From positions 1-30,931 of IMG/VR virus record IMGVR_UViG_3300028635_000030: 30,931 nucleotides of DNA. One strand, written 5' to 3'. Positions 18,450 through 26,293 of the stretch are shown one piece after another; position 1 is the stretch's first letter; each line of letters starts with the position of its first letter. The notes under the pieces were generated by a model. The model had not been told where the DNA came from. It saw only the letters and a list, made by a program, of their open reading frames with translations, and ran no database searches. This DNA comes from a virus. Its lineage: Duplodnaviria > Caudoviricetes. The position numbers and the translations under genes are program-made.

Positions 18450-19478
18450 ATGAATAAATTTGAAACTACATATGGTTTATTAATACAACCAAACAACACG
18501 CTTATAACAGAAAATTTAATATATGAAGAACTTAAAGTAAAATGTATTTTTGAGGGACAAAACATTTCCGATGAAATTTTACAAGAAAGTGCTAGAATTG
18601 CATATGAACTATCACAAGATCAAGATTTTGTTAAAGAGCTGTTTGGTTATAGACAAGAATTAGTAAATGAAGATGCATGGAGTTGGATACATGGAGCAAC
18701 TCATTTCGCCGGTGCGTTTGATCAATCAGGATTAATTAATTTGGCTCATGCTGTTGTATATTTTATTCGTAAAAAATTTATTATGGGGACCTTAACGTTA
18801 ATTGGTGCAATTCCAGGGCTTGCTTCTCCATCTGGATTGGTTGCAAGAACCATGAATAGCGGAAAACCTATTATTGGAACTGCCGCTAAAGCTTTATATT
18901 TTCTTGCTAATAAAGCAGCAATGTTAGGTAAATCTGGCGGCCCAATATCAAAATTACTTGCTAAAATTATAAAATCACCCAAATTAGCCCCTAAATTTAT
19001 ACCATGGGCAAATAGAGTGTTTAAATTAGGAATTGATGAAACCCAAATCTTACTACTTCGTATAAATAGTGTGCCCCCAAATGTTGTCGAGAGTATAGCA
19101 AATCGCGTAGCTGGGGAAATTGTAAAGACTTTTACTAATTGGGTTTCTAAAATATTATCTCCTAGTGGAGCAAAAGGACAATATCGAGCCGCGGCAAAAC
19201 AAGCACAAGCAACTGCTAGTGATTTAATTTTACGCGGCTATACACCAGCAACTTCACCGGCACTTGCGCGCGCCATGAGCGATGTGGCCCGTTTTAATAG
19301 CATGGCATCACCTAAAATTATTAGTCAAGCCGCCATTGCAAGTACTTTAGGTGGTGCTAGCAATTATGACAAATCAGGTAATTATATACAAAGAAAAATA
19401 ACAGGTGAAGACCCAGATGATCCACCTTTTTATAACGACTCAAATAAATACAATCCAAATAAAATTAGATTAAATTAA
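18450..19478 (+). CDS. Hypothetical probable virion protein with pre-toxin-TG-like hydrophobic hairpin
   Basis: WIH...FAG.....G.INL.HAV.Y.......G.L.LIGAIPG resembles PT-TG; several [IL]xE sites precede it. Confidence 0.6.
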   Translation: MNKFETTYGLLIQPNNTLITENLIYEELKVKCIFEGQNISDEILQESARIAYELSQDQDFVKELFGYRQELVNEDAWSWIHGATHFAGAFDQSGLINLAHAVVYFIRKKFIMGTLTLIGAIPGLASPSGLVARTMNSGKPIIGTAAKALYFLANKAAMLGKSGGPISKLLAKIIKSPKLAPKFIPWANRVFKLGIDETQILLLRINSVPPNVVESIANRVAGEIVKTFTNWVSKILSPSGAKGQYRAAAKQAQATASDLILRGYTPATSPALARAMSDVARFNSMASPKIISQAAIASTLGGASNYDKSGNYIQRKITGEDPDDPPFYNDSNKYNPNKIRLN

Positions 19479-19520
19479 AATTTCGTTGCCTTTATTTAAT
19501 TATAGGGTAAATTATATTTA

Positions 19521-19624
19521 GAAGTGAGTACGGGTGTATTCATTTCAGCTTATGCCAGAAACTAGGTAAGCGACTATTAGAAATAATAGTATATTCTTGC
19601 TAAAATGAAAGGAGAATAAATATG
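19521..19624 (+). promoter_or_regulatory. ROSE-like RNA thermometer 5'UTR of hsp20
   Basis: Four consecutive hairpins; the last pairs UAUUC-UUGCU with AGGA-GAAUA (SD) leaving a bulged G. Confidence 0.75.
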
Positions 19625-20080
19625 ACAGGAATAGTTAAACTTAATAGAGATCTTTTTGATCTTCCATCAGTGCTGGATATTGCATTTCCACGCAAAATAT
19701 TTCGCGACGAACCAGATTGGAATTCATTTTATACAACAGATGTATTTCCATATGACGTTAAAGCGGTAAAGGATAAAGACGGAAATTTAATTAAAACCGA
19801 ATTAGTCTTTGCCGTAGCTGGAGTCGACAAAAATGAAATATGTGTTAAAGTCGAGAAAGATGATTTGTGTATCAATATCGAACAATCACGTAAATCCGAA
19901 GAAGAAGGGGTAGAATATATTAGAAAAGGATTAAGTCATCGCTCAATGTCAAAGATATTTAAATTACAAGATGTTGACGTGGATAATATTAAAAGTAAAT
20001 TGGAAAATGGAATATTGACAATTACTTTGCCACCTACCCCAGCAGCGCGAAAAAGAAACATTGTAATAGATATTGAATAA
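19622..20080 (+). CDS. hsp20: Small heat-shock protein Hsp20
   Basis: FPYDV, AVAG..K.EI.V, YIRKG.S.RS..K.F.L, LENGILTI.LP alpha-crystallin motifs. Confidence 0.95.
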   Translation: MTGIVKLNRDLFDLPSVLDIAFPRKIFRDEPDWNSFYTTDVFPYDVKAVKDKDGNLIKTELVFAVAGVDKNEICVKVEKDDLCINIEQSRKSEEEGVEYIRKGLSHRSMSKIFKLQDVDVDNIKSKLENGILTITLPPTPAARKRNIVIDIE

Positions 20081-20094
20081 TTGTTCAATCTATC

Positions 20095-20120
20095 AAAGCC
20101 CTCTTCGGAGGGCTTTTTTT
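20095..20120 (+). terminator. Rho-independent terminator with C(UUCG)G loop
   Basis: AAAGCCCTC-TTCG-GAGGGCTTT followed by a T-run. Confidence 0.92.
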
Positions 20121-20253
20121 GTTGATTATTATTTGACCTAATATATAATAAATTGTATGAAAACCATAACAAAAACTGTGGCTGAATTAATAGTTACAGG
20201 TGAATCTCCATTAGATCTAGCAGTGATTCCAAATTACATGGGGATTAATTTAT

Positions 20254-21522
20254 GTGAACAACCAGTGGCTAAAGCACACTGGCTTCCGGTTTAAAGCTTC
20301 CGTTGCCTAGATTCACATTTAGGCCATTTAGTACCGAAAGATACTGAATGTTTTTAGCTGCGTTTAGGTCGGCATTGGCAATGTAGGAACATTTGCTACA
20401 ATGAAATCTATCTTGCGTCTGCCTGTTCTCTTTCGATATAGACCCACACTTATGACATCTTTGCGATGTATACTTAGGATCCACCTCAACGACTTTCAGT
20501 CCAGCGTCTAGAGCCTTGTAAGCGACCTTGCTAAGCAAGTCTTTAAAAGCCCAAGAATACCTTCTGAATCTCTTGTTCGCTAAATGACCACCCTTTAATG
20601 CCTCAAAGCCTAGAACGTCTATTCCTTGTTGCAGACAGTAGTCAATTAACTCCCTTGAGAGTTTGTGATTTAAATCGTTCGCCCAATTGGACTGTTTAGT
20701 ACTTATTTCTAGTTTAAGTTTTTGATTTCTAGCTCTTTTCTTACCAAATTCTATCTTTTTATGCTTAATATACCTACCAGAGCCAAATTGTTTTCCATCA
20801 GAACAGACTATCGGCTTAACTATTCCAATATCTATTCCTAAAGTACTATTGGTTTTTAGTTGTTTTTCTTTAGTATTAAATACTAAGCGTAGATATAATT
20901 CGTTCTTATAGACTATAATAGAGCTATCTGATATAGATTCAAAATCAGCCAGAGCTTTAAGATGATATTTGCATAGTTTTAATGGAAAGTAGGTACGAAG
21001 AAGCTTCAGCCAAGCATTGAAGCTCTTACTTGTTTTATTAAATTCAAAATGAAACAGATCGTTTCTTAAAGGAATAAACGTCTTAATGTTTTTAGGAAAC
21101 TCAACCAGCTTATGTTTCTTTTTGCACCAAGCAATATAGCTTTTAACAGTTTGATCTAATTTAATTAAATAGGCTTGAAGTATGCCTGAATTGATATTAG
21201 GATAAAGATCTCTATATTTCTTATAAGTTTCTTTACTTTTGGCTGATTTGAAGCTTTTAGTTTCTAATTGAGTTAGTTTATCTTTTAAATAGATAGGAGT
21301 TAGTTCTTGAAGAGTGGAAAGAGTAGATTGAAGCTTATTCAATTTAGATTGGTTCTGATGCTTTAGTTTGATTTTAATTGATTTCATTGTAGCTGTAATT
21401 ATTTATATTAATCATCTAAATTTTTCTTGCTTTTTTTGAAAAATAATTTATATTATAGGTATGAAAGGTTTGCGAAATTCATCCATAGGCTAAAGCACTA
21501 TGGCTTTCTTTCGCAGTTAATT
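20254..21522 (-). mobile_element. IS200/IS605-family (IS1341-type, tnpB-only) element
   Basis: Subterminal hairpins CCAGTG-GCTAAAGCA-CACTGG (20262-20282) and CCATAG-GCTAAAGCA-CTATGG (21483-21503); right end ...GTTCAC; left flank TTAC; no target-site duplication. Confidence 0.85.
20269..21387 (-). CDS. tnpB: RNA-guided endonuclease TnpB
   Basis: RuvC-I GIDIG, RuvC-II FEAL, YTSQRCHKCG...CSKC Zn finger, RuvC-III NADLNAAKNI; catalytic D/E/D intact. Confidence 0.95.
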   Translation of the reverse strand: MKSIKIKLKHQNQSKLNKLQSTLSTLQELTPIYLKDKLTQLETKSFKSAKSKETYKKYRDLYPNINSGILQAYLIKLDQTVKSYIAWCKKKHKLVEFPKNIKTFIPLRNDLFHFEFNKTSKSFNAWLKLLRTYFPLKLCKYHLKALADFESISDSSIIVYKNELYLRLVFNTKEKQLKTNSTLGIDIGIVKPIVCSDGKQFGSGRYIKHKKIEFGKKRARNQKLKLEISTKQSNWANDLNHKLSRELIDYCLQQGIDVLGFEALKGGHLANKRFRRYSWAFKDLLSKVAYKALDAGLKVVEVDPKYTSQRCHKCGSISKENRQTQDRFHCSKCSYIANADLNAAKNIQYLSVLNGLNVNLGNGSFKPEASVL

Positions 21523-21553
21523 GTAAACATCCAATAGAAACGAAAGAGGAAAA

Positions 21554-21781
21554 ATGAATATAAAGTTAAATGATCTCCGCAAAACTGTTATTACTACAGG
21601 TTATCTTATATTGTTTCAACAACATGAAGCATTGTATGAAGATGGATTATATTATTCGTCAATTTTACTTTCTGTTCTTACAGGTAAAGGGTTGGAACCG
21701 ATTAATGTTTTTTATAAAAGTGTAAAACAACGAGATGAAGATTACGATCGATTAACTAAAGTTTTTATTGAAGATGAATAA
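21554..21781 (+). CDS. Hypothetical protein
   Basis: GAGGA RBS; overlaps the queC start. Confidence 0.65.
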   Translation: MNIKLNDLRKTVITTGYLILFQQHEALYEDGLYYSSILLSVLTGKGLEPINVFYKSVKQRDEDYDRLTKVFIEDE

Positions 21782-22529
21782 AATTATGAAAAAAATGGTC
21801 CTTCATTCTGGTGGCATGGATAGTTTATCCGTTATGCTTGATTACATCGAGAATTACGGTGCATCAAATATTTTATCTTTAGGATTTAATTATGGCCAGC
21901 GCAATTTTAACATGGAAAACATGGCGGCACAAAGACTTTGTTATAAATACAATATTGAAAGAATAGTATTAGATGTTCCATTAGGACAAATAGGTGGAAG
22001 TAGTTTAACCGATTATTCTATTGATATTAATAATAAAAATTCAAACGATCAAAATACTGCTGTTCCTATGAGGAATGGTATTTTTCTTATGTTAGCCGCA
22101 TCAGTTGCACAGGTTAACAATTGTGACACAATTGCAGTTGGTTCATGCATAGAAGATAAAGAAAATTATAGAGATGGGCGTTCAGTATTTTTTAGGGCAA
22201 TGGAACTAGCAATACAATGTGGGTTAACCAGACCAATACGTGGGAAAGAATATGTATTTATTGATGATTTTTATAGAATGACATATCATGAAGATGAAAG
22301 ACAAAATCTTGATATTGTAATTGATACACCATTAATAAACGAAACAAAGGTACAAACCTTAAAAAGGATTATAAAACGATATTCTATAGATGTTTATAAT
22401 GAGTCATATACTTGTTATTTAGGAGATACTTTAAGTTGTGGCGAATGTTTGGCATGCCAAAAACGATTAAAGGCATTTAAAACAATAGGAGAAATAGATC
22501 CATTAAGTTATAAAACAAATAAGGAGTAA
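21774..22529 (+). CDS. queC: 7-cyano-7-deazaguanine (preQ0) synthase
   Basis: SGGMDS, FNYGQR, GGSSLTD, VPMRN.IFL, TPL, TCY...CG.C.AC..R..AF. Start may be 21768, 21774 or 21786. Confidence 0.95.
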   Translation: MNKIMKKMVLHSGGMDSLSVMLDYIENYGASNILSLGFNYGQRNFNMENMAAQRLCYKYNIERIVLDVPLGQIGGSSLTDYSIDINNKNSNDQNTAVPMRNGIFLMLAASVAQVNNCDTIAVGSCIEDKENYRDGRSVFFRAMELAIQCGLTRPIRGKEYVFIDDFYRMTYHEDERQNLDIVIDTPLINETKVQTLKRIIKRYSIDVYNESYTCYLGDTLSCGECLACQKRLKAFKTIGEIDPLSYKTNKE

Positions 22530-22532
22530 ATT

Positions 22533-22760
22533 ATGAAAGCAAATAAAATAAAATATCATATTTTTGGAAAATATGGTGAGTGGGCTATTAGTGAAGATGA
22601 TGGTTGTTTGAGATTTCATCCGCAATGGAACACTAATTCGGAAAAAACTAGTTCATGGATTTGGAAAGAAGCATGGGAAGAAGTTGAAAAATTAGGTGGA
22701 TATGATAAAGTAGTTGAAATGTTAAAGGGAAAAAATGAAATTAACGAAAGAACATCATAA
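22533..22760 (+). CDS. Hypothetical protein (Trp-rich)
   Basis: AAGGAG RBS; operonic. Confidence 0.65.
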   Translation: MKANKIKYHIFGKYGEWAISEDDGCLRFHPQWNTNSEKTSSWIWKEAWEEVEKLGGYDKVVEMLKGKNEINERTS

Positions 22761-22798
22761 TAAAGTAATAATATTGTGAATTTGAAAGGAGAAATGAA

Positions 22799-23098
22799 AT
22801 GATTAATTATACTAATATGAAAGAACAAGTAAAAAATGGAGATAAAAAAAACATATTAATTCAAATAGATGAATTGACAAAATCTATTTATAATTTTGGT
22901 GAACATTTTAATGTTTTGAAAACAAAATTAAATAGTATTCTTACTAACCCAATAAATTGCGGAGATGACAAAGAACAGAATACCCCTGTACCCGTAGAGA
23001 ATATTGCACCATTGGCATATTCTATAAAGGATAACGTTAATAAAATTAATGAATTAATATTTGAATTAAAAGATATACTTGACAGAATTGATTTATAA
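22799..23098 (+). CDS. Hypothetical coiled-coil protein
   Basis: AAGGAG RBS; heptad pattern. Confidence 0.65.
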   Translation: MINYTNMKEQVKNGDKKNILIQIDELTKSIYNFGEHFNVLKTKLNSILTNPINCGDDKEQNTPVPVENIAPLAYSIKDNVNKINELIFELKDILDRIDL

Positions 23099-23115
23099 AA
23101 TAATTTAGGAGTAAA

Positions 23116-23715
23116 ATGATTATAACAGATCAACCAATATATAACGGGCCATTTATTCATCAAAGATTTGCATATAAGTATTTTAGAAAGAATACTTCTC
23201 CGTGTGGAGATATAGTATCTTTTATTGCGCCAGCAATTGTTGAAGCTGCGGGTATGATTGATACAGAAGATATTCTTGCAAAGGATTATATTTATAGTGA
23301 AAAAATGATTAATTTTTGTTGGGAAATACCATTAATTACAGATTGCTTTGGAGCTGTAGCATTTCAACGGTTATTTAATTCAGGAATTGCCAATATACTT
23401 TCTAAGTATCTTCTTAATAAAATACCAACTGCTGCGTCGGCTGTAATGGTAGACGGTGATGATATTATGGTGGCAATACATGGATCGCAAGAACCAAAGA
23501 AAGCAAGTGTTAGCATAACATATATGGCTCCTGGGGCCGCCATTGGTCACACCGGAATCAATATTAACGCCGGGTCAAAAGCACCAGAACATGCATACAG
23601 TACAAATTTCGGTGAAGAAGTTGCAATGGAATTCATAAAGGAAGTTGAAAATTATTTCACTTGGGTTACTCGTGATATGTTCATAGCAACAACAAAAATA
23701 ACAGTTTCAAAATGA
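23116..23715 (+). CDS. DUF366-like protein (lipoate/biotin-ligase-like fold)
   Basis: Y.G..I...FAY...DIV.F..P..V...M.D.ED....I.S..M.NF..E...FQRL...DGDD....K.SVSI.....H.GINI. Confidence 0.7.
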   Translation: MIITDQPIYNGPFIHQRFAYKYFRKNTSPCGDIVSFIAPAIVEAAGMIDTEDILAKDYIYSEKMINFCWEIPLITDCFGAVAFQRLFNSGIANILSKYLLNKIPTAASAVMVDGDDIMVAIHGSQEPKKASVSITYMAPGAAIGHTGININAGSKAPEHAYSTNFGEEVAMEFIKEVENYFTWVTRDMFIATTKITVSK

Positions 23716-24119
23716 CAAACATTTTTACATTTATAAACGATATTTTATATAAGAAACGTGGTAATTTGTTACAGGATTGTGATGCAAGTTCACAATTTCA
23801 ACCTTATATGTTATGCCGTTGGATTAGTATGTATTCAACGTCAATGTCTAAATTAATAAACCAAACATTTAATCGTTTATGGCTTGCATTTGATGATAAA
23901 GATATGTGGTATAAGGCGTTTTTAACTATTATGCCACAAACAAAATTTAAAAAAATAAGTTATATTAAAAAGAATAAAGAAATTAAAAAGGCGAACCCGG
24001 AAAGGATACAATTAATTAAACAGTTGGCATATAATTATGAAATGTCTACAAGAGAAGTAGAAGAATTGATAAATAATCATAATATTGATATTGCAAAACA
24101 AACCAAATTAATTAAATAA
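23712..24119 (+). CDS. gp62: Clamp-loader small subunit, T4 gp62-like
   Basis: IF.FIN.I..KK.....F.PYM..R..SM ... Y.KK...I..Y..S.RE pattern. Confidence 0.7.
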   Translation: MTNIFTFINDILYKKRGNLLQDCDASSQFQPYMLCRWISMYSTSMSKLINQTFNRLWLAFDDKDMWYKAFLTIMPQTKFKKISYIKKNKEIKKANPERIQLIKQLAYNYEMSTREVEELINNHNIDIAKQTKLIK

Positions 24120-24124
24120 TATAT

Positions 24125-24580
24125 ATGAGCAGATTAGCAGATTTTGTAAAAGCAGATAAGGCAACAACTAAAGCAGTGCAAACAGAACAATTGAAAGCTG
24201 CGCGTGAAGATCGAGTTGGTGCTAAACCAACATTTAAGATGGATGAAACAGGATCTACACGTATACCAAATGATTGGGACATAGAAACACCCTTACATGA
24301 TATCATAATGGCTGAATATGTCGACGAGAATGAACATGGAGAGGTACTTCGTGATGGTATTTGGTTGAAGCAAGAAATTACAAATAAACTTTGGCGTGTA
24401 GCTAAAGTATTAAAAATGGGTCCACAGTGCTCTGAGAACGTCAAGCCAGGCGTTTTAATTATGTTTCCTTCAGATCGTGGCATTCCTATGATTACATTTT
24501 CGGGTAAAAAATTGATTTTCTTAAATGAAGAAAGAATCTTCGCTATTGTTAAGAAACCAAAACGTAACTCGAAATCATAG
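24125..24580 (+). CDS. groES: Co-chaperonin GroES-like (gp31 analogue) with N-terminal extension
   Basis: PLHD.I...GI.L......AKV...GP....VKPG..I.F......G.K...LNE..I.AIV. Confidence 0.8.
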   Translation: MSRLADFVKADKATTKAVQTEQLKAAREDRVGAKPTFKMDETGSTRIPNDWDIETPLHDIIMAEYVDENEHGEVLRDGIWLKQEITNKLWRVAKVLKMGPQCSENVKPGVLIMFPSDRGIPMITFSGKKLIFLNEERIFAIVKKPKRNSKS

Positions 24581-24587
24581 GATATGT

Positions 24588-24869
24588 ATGGATGAAGGGT
24601 ATAAAGGCACGTTAAAACAAATATATAAATACATAGTTAAGGATTGCGGGATTATAACTGAAAATGCATCTATAGGCCGTAAACCCGGAAAATACCAATT
24701 AGGATGTATAAAACGTCAATTGATAGAAATTTATAATTCTCCGACAAAAACTGGTAGAATTTATTACACTAATGAATTTAATACTCCTTCAGATAATCCA
24801 AAAGAGCCCTCATCAGAATGTTTTACCATTCAAACTATATTAGTAGAAGTTTTAGATGACGACACATAA
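24588..24869 (+). CDS. Hypothetical protein
   Basis: Likely start MDEGYKG after the AGGA at the groES stop. Confidence 0.55.
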   Translation: MDEGYKGTLKQIYKYIVKDCGIITENASIGRKPGKYQLGCIKRQLIEIYNSPTKTGRIYYTNEFNTPSDNPKEPSSECFTIQTILVEVLDDDT

Positions 24870-24877
24870 ATAATTAC

Positions 24878-25270
24878 ATGAGATTGACATGGTCGAGTCT
24901 TAAAATGTTATCTAAACAAAATGTCTTAGAGCTTAAATTTCTAAGAAGACACCCTAAACCTGGTTGGAAACCGACACGTCGAATGTTATGTACTAATGCA
25001 ACCAATATTTTAAATAGTGCACCAGGACATATCGCGTTACATTTTAAACCACCCACTCATCCCCCGGTTGTTTCAGAAGCACAGCATAACATGGTTACTG
25101 TATGGGATATACTTTGGCAGGAATATAGGAATGTAAGTTGTGAATGGGTGGATGTTATTACAGTTATTCCGGTTAAAACCAAAGAAGAACAGGCGAATTT
25201 TTGGCAATATTTTACAAAATATCTAGAATCTATGAGCGCCGATAATAAACTTGTTTTCATGAACAAATGA
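24878..25270 (+). CDS. WYL_2/Sm-like (SH3 beta-barrel) T4-like protein
   Basis: L..NV.E.KF.R......R.M.CT ... VWD.....YR.V pattern. Confidence 0.6.
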   Translation: MRLTWSSLKMLSKQNVLELKFLRRHPKPGWKPTRRMLCTNATNILNSAPGHIALHFKPPTHPPVVSEAQHNMVTVWDILWQEYRNVSCEWVDVITVIPVKTKEEQANFWQYFTKYLESMSADNKLVFMNK

Positions 25271-25308
25271 TAAAACGGGTTGGAAAATATGAGTTTTGAC
25301 ATAAATAG

Positions 25309-25674
25309 GTGTATATGGATATATCTAATACACCTTTTGAAAATTTATTAAAACAAATGTTGCAACGACATTTAACAATATATAATGGTAAAAGAGTTTT
25401 AAAAAGAGGTAAGTTTATTTTATTTAAGCAAAATAATTTTAACATTGATTTACATTTAATAACACCTAAGAAACAAAAAATTGTTATTTATTCCATGCCA
25501 ATACCGTTTGAGTCAAATTTTATTGATTCAAATAATATATTGTTTGACTATAAAATAAGTAGTTTAGGGAAAAATAATCCAGGATTATACGAAAAATTAC
25601 GTAAAATAACACCTGCTAAAAAAACAAAATTTTATAACAATGAAATAATAATAGAAATGGATTTAGTATTATGA
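25309..25674 (+). CDS. Hypothetical protein
   Basis: Operonic ORF; start GTG 25309 or ATG 25315. Confidence 0.65.
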   Translation: MYMDISNTPFENLLKQMLQRHLTIYNGKRVLKRGKFILFKQNNFNIDLHLITPKKQKIVIYSMPIPFESNFIDSNNILFDYKISSLGKNNPGLYEKLRKITPAKKTKFYNNEIIIEMDLVL

Positions 25675-25994
25675 AATTTGAAGAATTAACAGAATTAAAT
25701 AGACAATTTAATACCAACGAATTAGAGGATAATAGCGGTAACAGTGACCTAAATGATAAGGGTAAAACACTTTTAAAGGAATATAATCAATTTATAGAAT
25801 CATTGTCGGAATGGATAACACATGAATATGTTTTAGATGTAATAGCTTATGTAAGTTCTACAAAAAAGGGAACAGATAAATTTAAAATTGCAAGTACTTT
25901 ATATTCTTTAACAAATAATGGTGCAACCAAAATTGATAAAGGTGTTGTTGCAATTCATAAAAATGATGATATTATAGATTATATAGAAAAATGA
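25671..25994 (+). CDS. Hypothetical protein
   Basis: ATGA overlaps at both ends. Confidence 0.65.
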   Translation: MKFEELTELNRQFNTNELEDNSGNSDLNDKGKTLLKEYNQFIESLSEWITHEYVLDVIAYVSSTKKGTDKFKIASTLYSLTNNGATKIDKGVVAIHKNDDIIDYIEK

Positions 25995-26257
25995 AAAAGA
26001 ATTGGTACATGTGTTTATTGTCTGGAATAAAATATAGATTACCAGAGTCAATGACAAAAAATTTAGATAGATATCAACTTAAACTAATAAAGGCTCCGCC
26101 AGATAATTGCAAAAAATGTTACGGAAGAGGGTATATTGGTTATAATACAACACTTCAAATTTATTCCCCTTGTAAGTGTGTTAAAAACCTTGTTGATTTA
26201 GATCAATCTGAAATTATTATAGAAACCCCTAAAACCACAAATGATATGGTATTTTAA
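25991..26257 (+). CDS. Small Zn-finger protein
   Basis: CKKCYGRG...PCKC (CxxCxGxG motif). Confidence 0.65.
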   Translation: MKKNWYMCLLSGIKYRLPESMTKNLDRYQLKLIKAPPDNCKKCYGRGYIGYNTTLQIYSPCKCVKNLVDLDQSEIIIETPKTTNDMVF

Positions 26258-26258
26258 C

Positions 26259-26287
26259 TTGACATTATCTTAAAGGTAATATACAAT
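26259..26287 (+). promoter_or_regulatory. sigma70 promoter of helicase (leaderless geometry)
   Basis: TTGACA-N17-TACAAT, 6 nt before ATG 26294; no SD. Confidence 0.75.
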
Positions 26288-26293
26288 ATCATT

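Larger units (their letters stand above)
20157..21557 (+). pseudogene. 43-aa ORF split by the IS insertion (20157-20253 + 21523-21557)
   Basis: Removing 20254-21522 gives MKTITKTVAELIVTGESPLDLAVIPNYMGINLCKHPIETKEEK*, whose TGA overlaps the ATG at 21554. Confidence 0.65.

Noticed and set aside
20100-21560. Cas12f-type CRISPR system around the RuvC nuclease
   Set aside because: No repeat-spacer array or cas genes seen; the two similar hairpins are IS200/IS605 ends.
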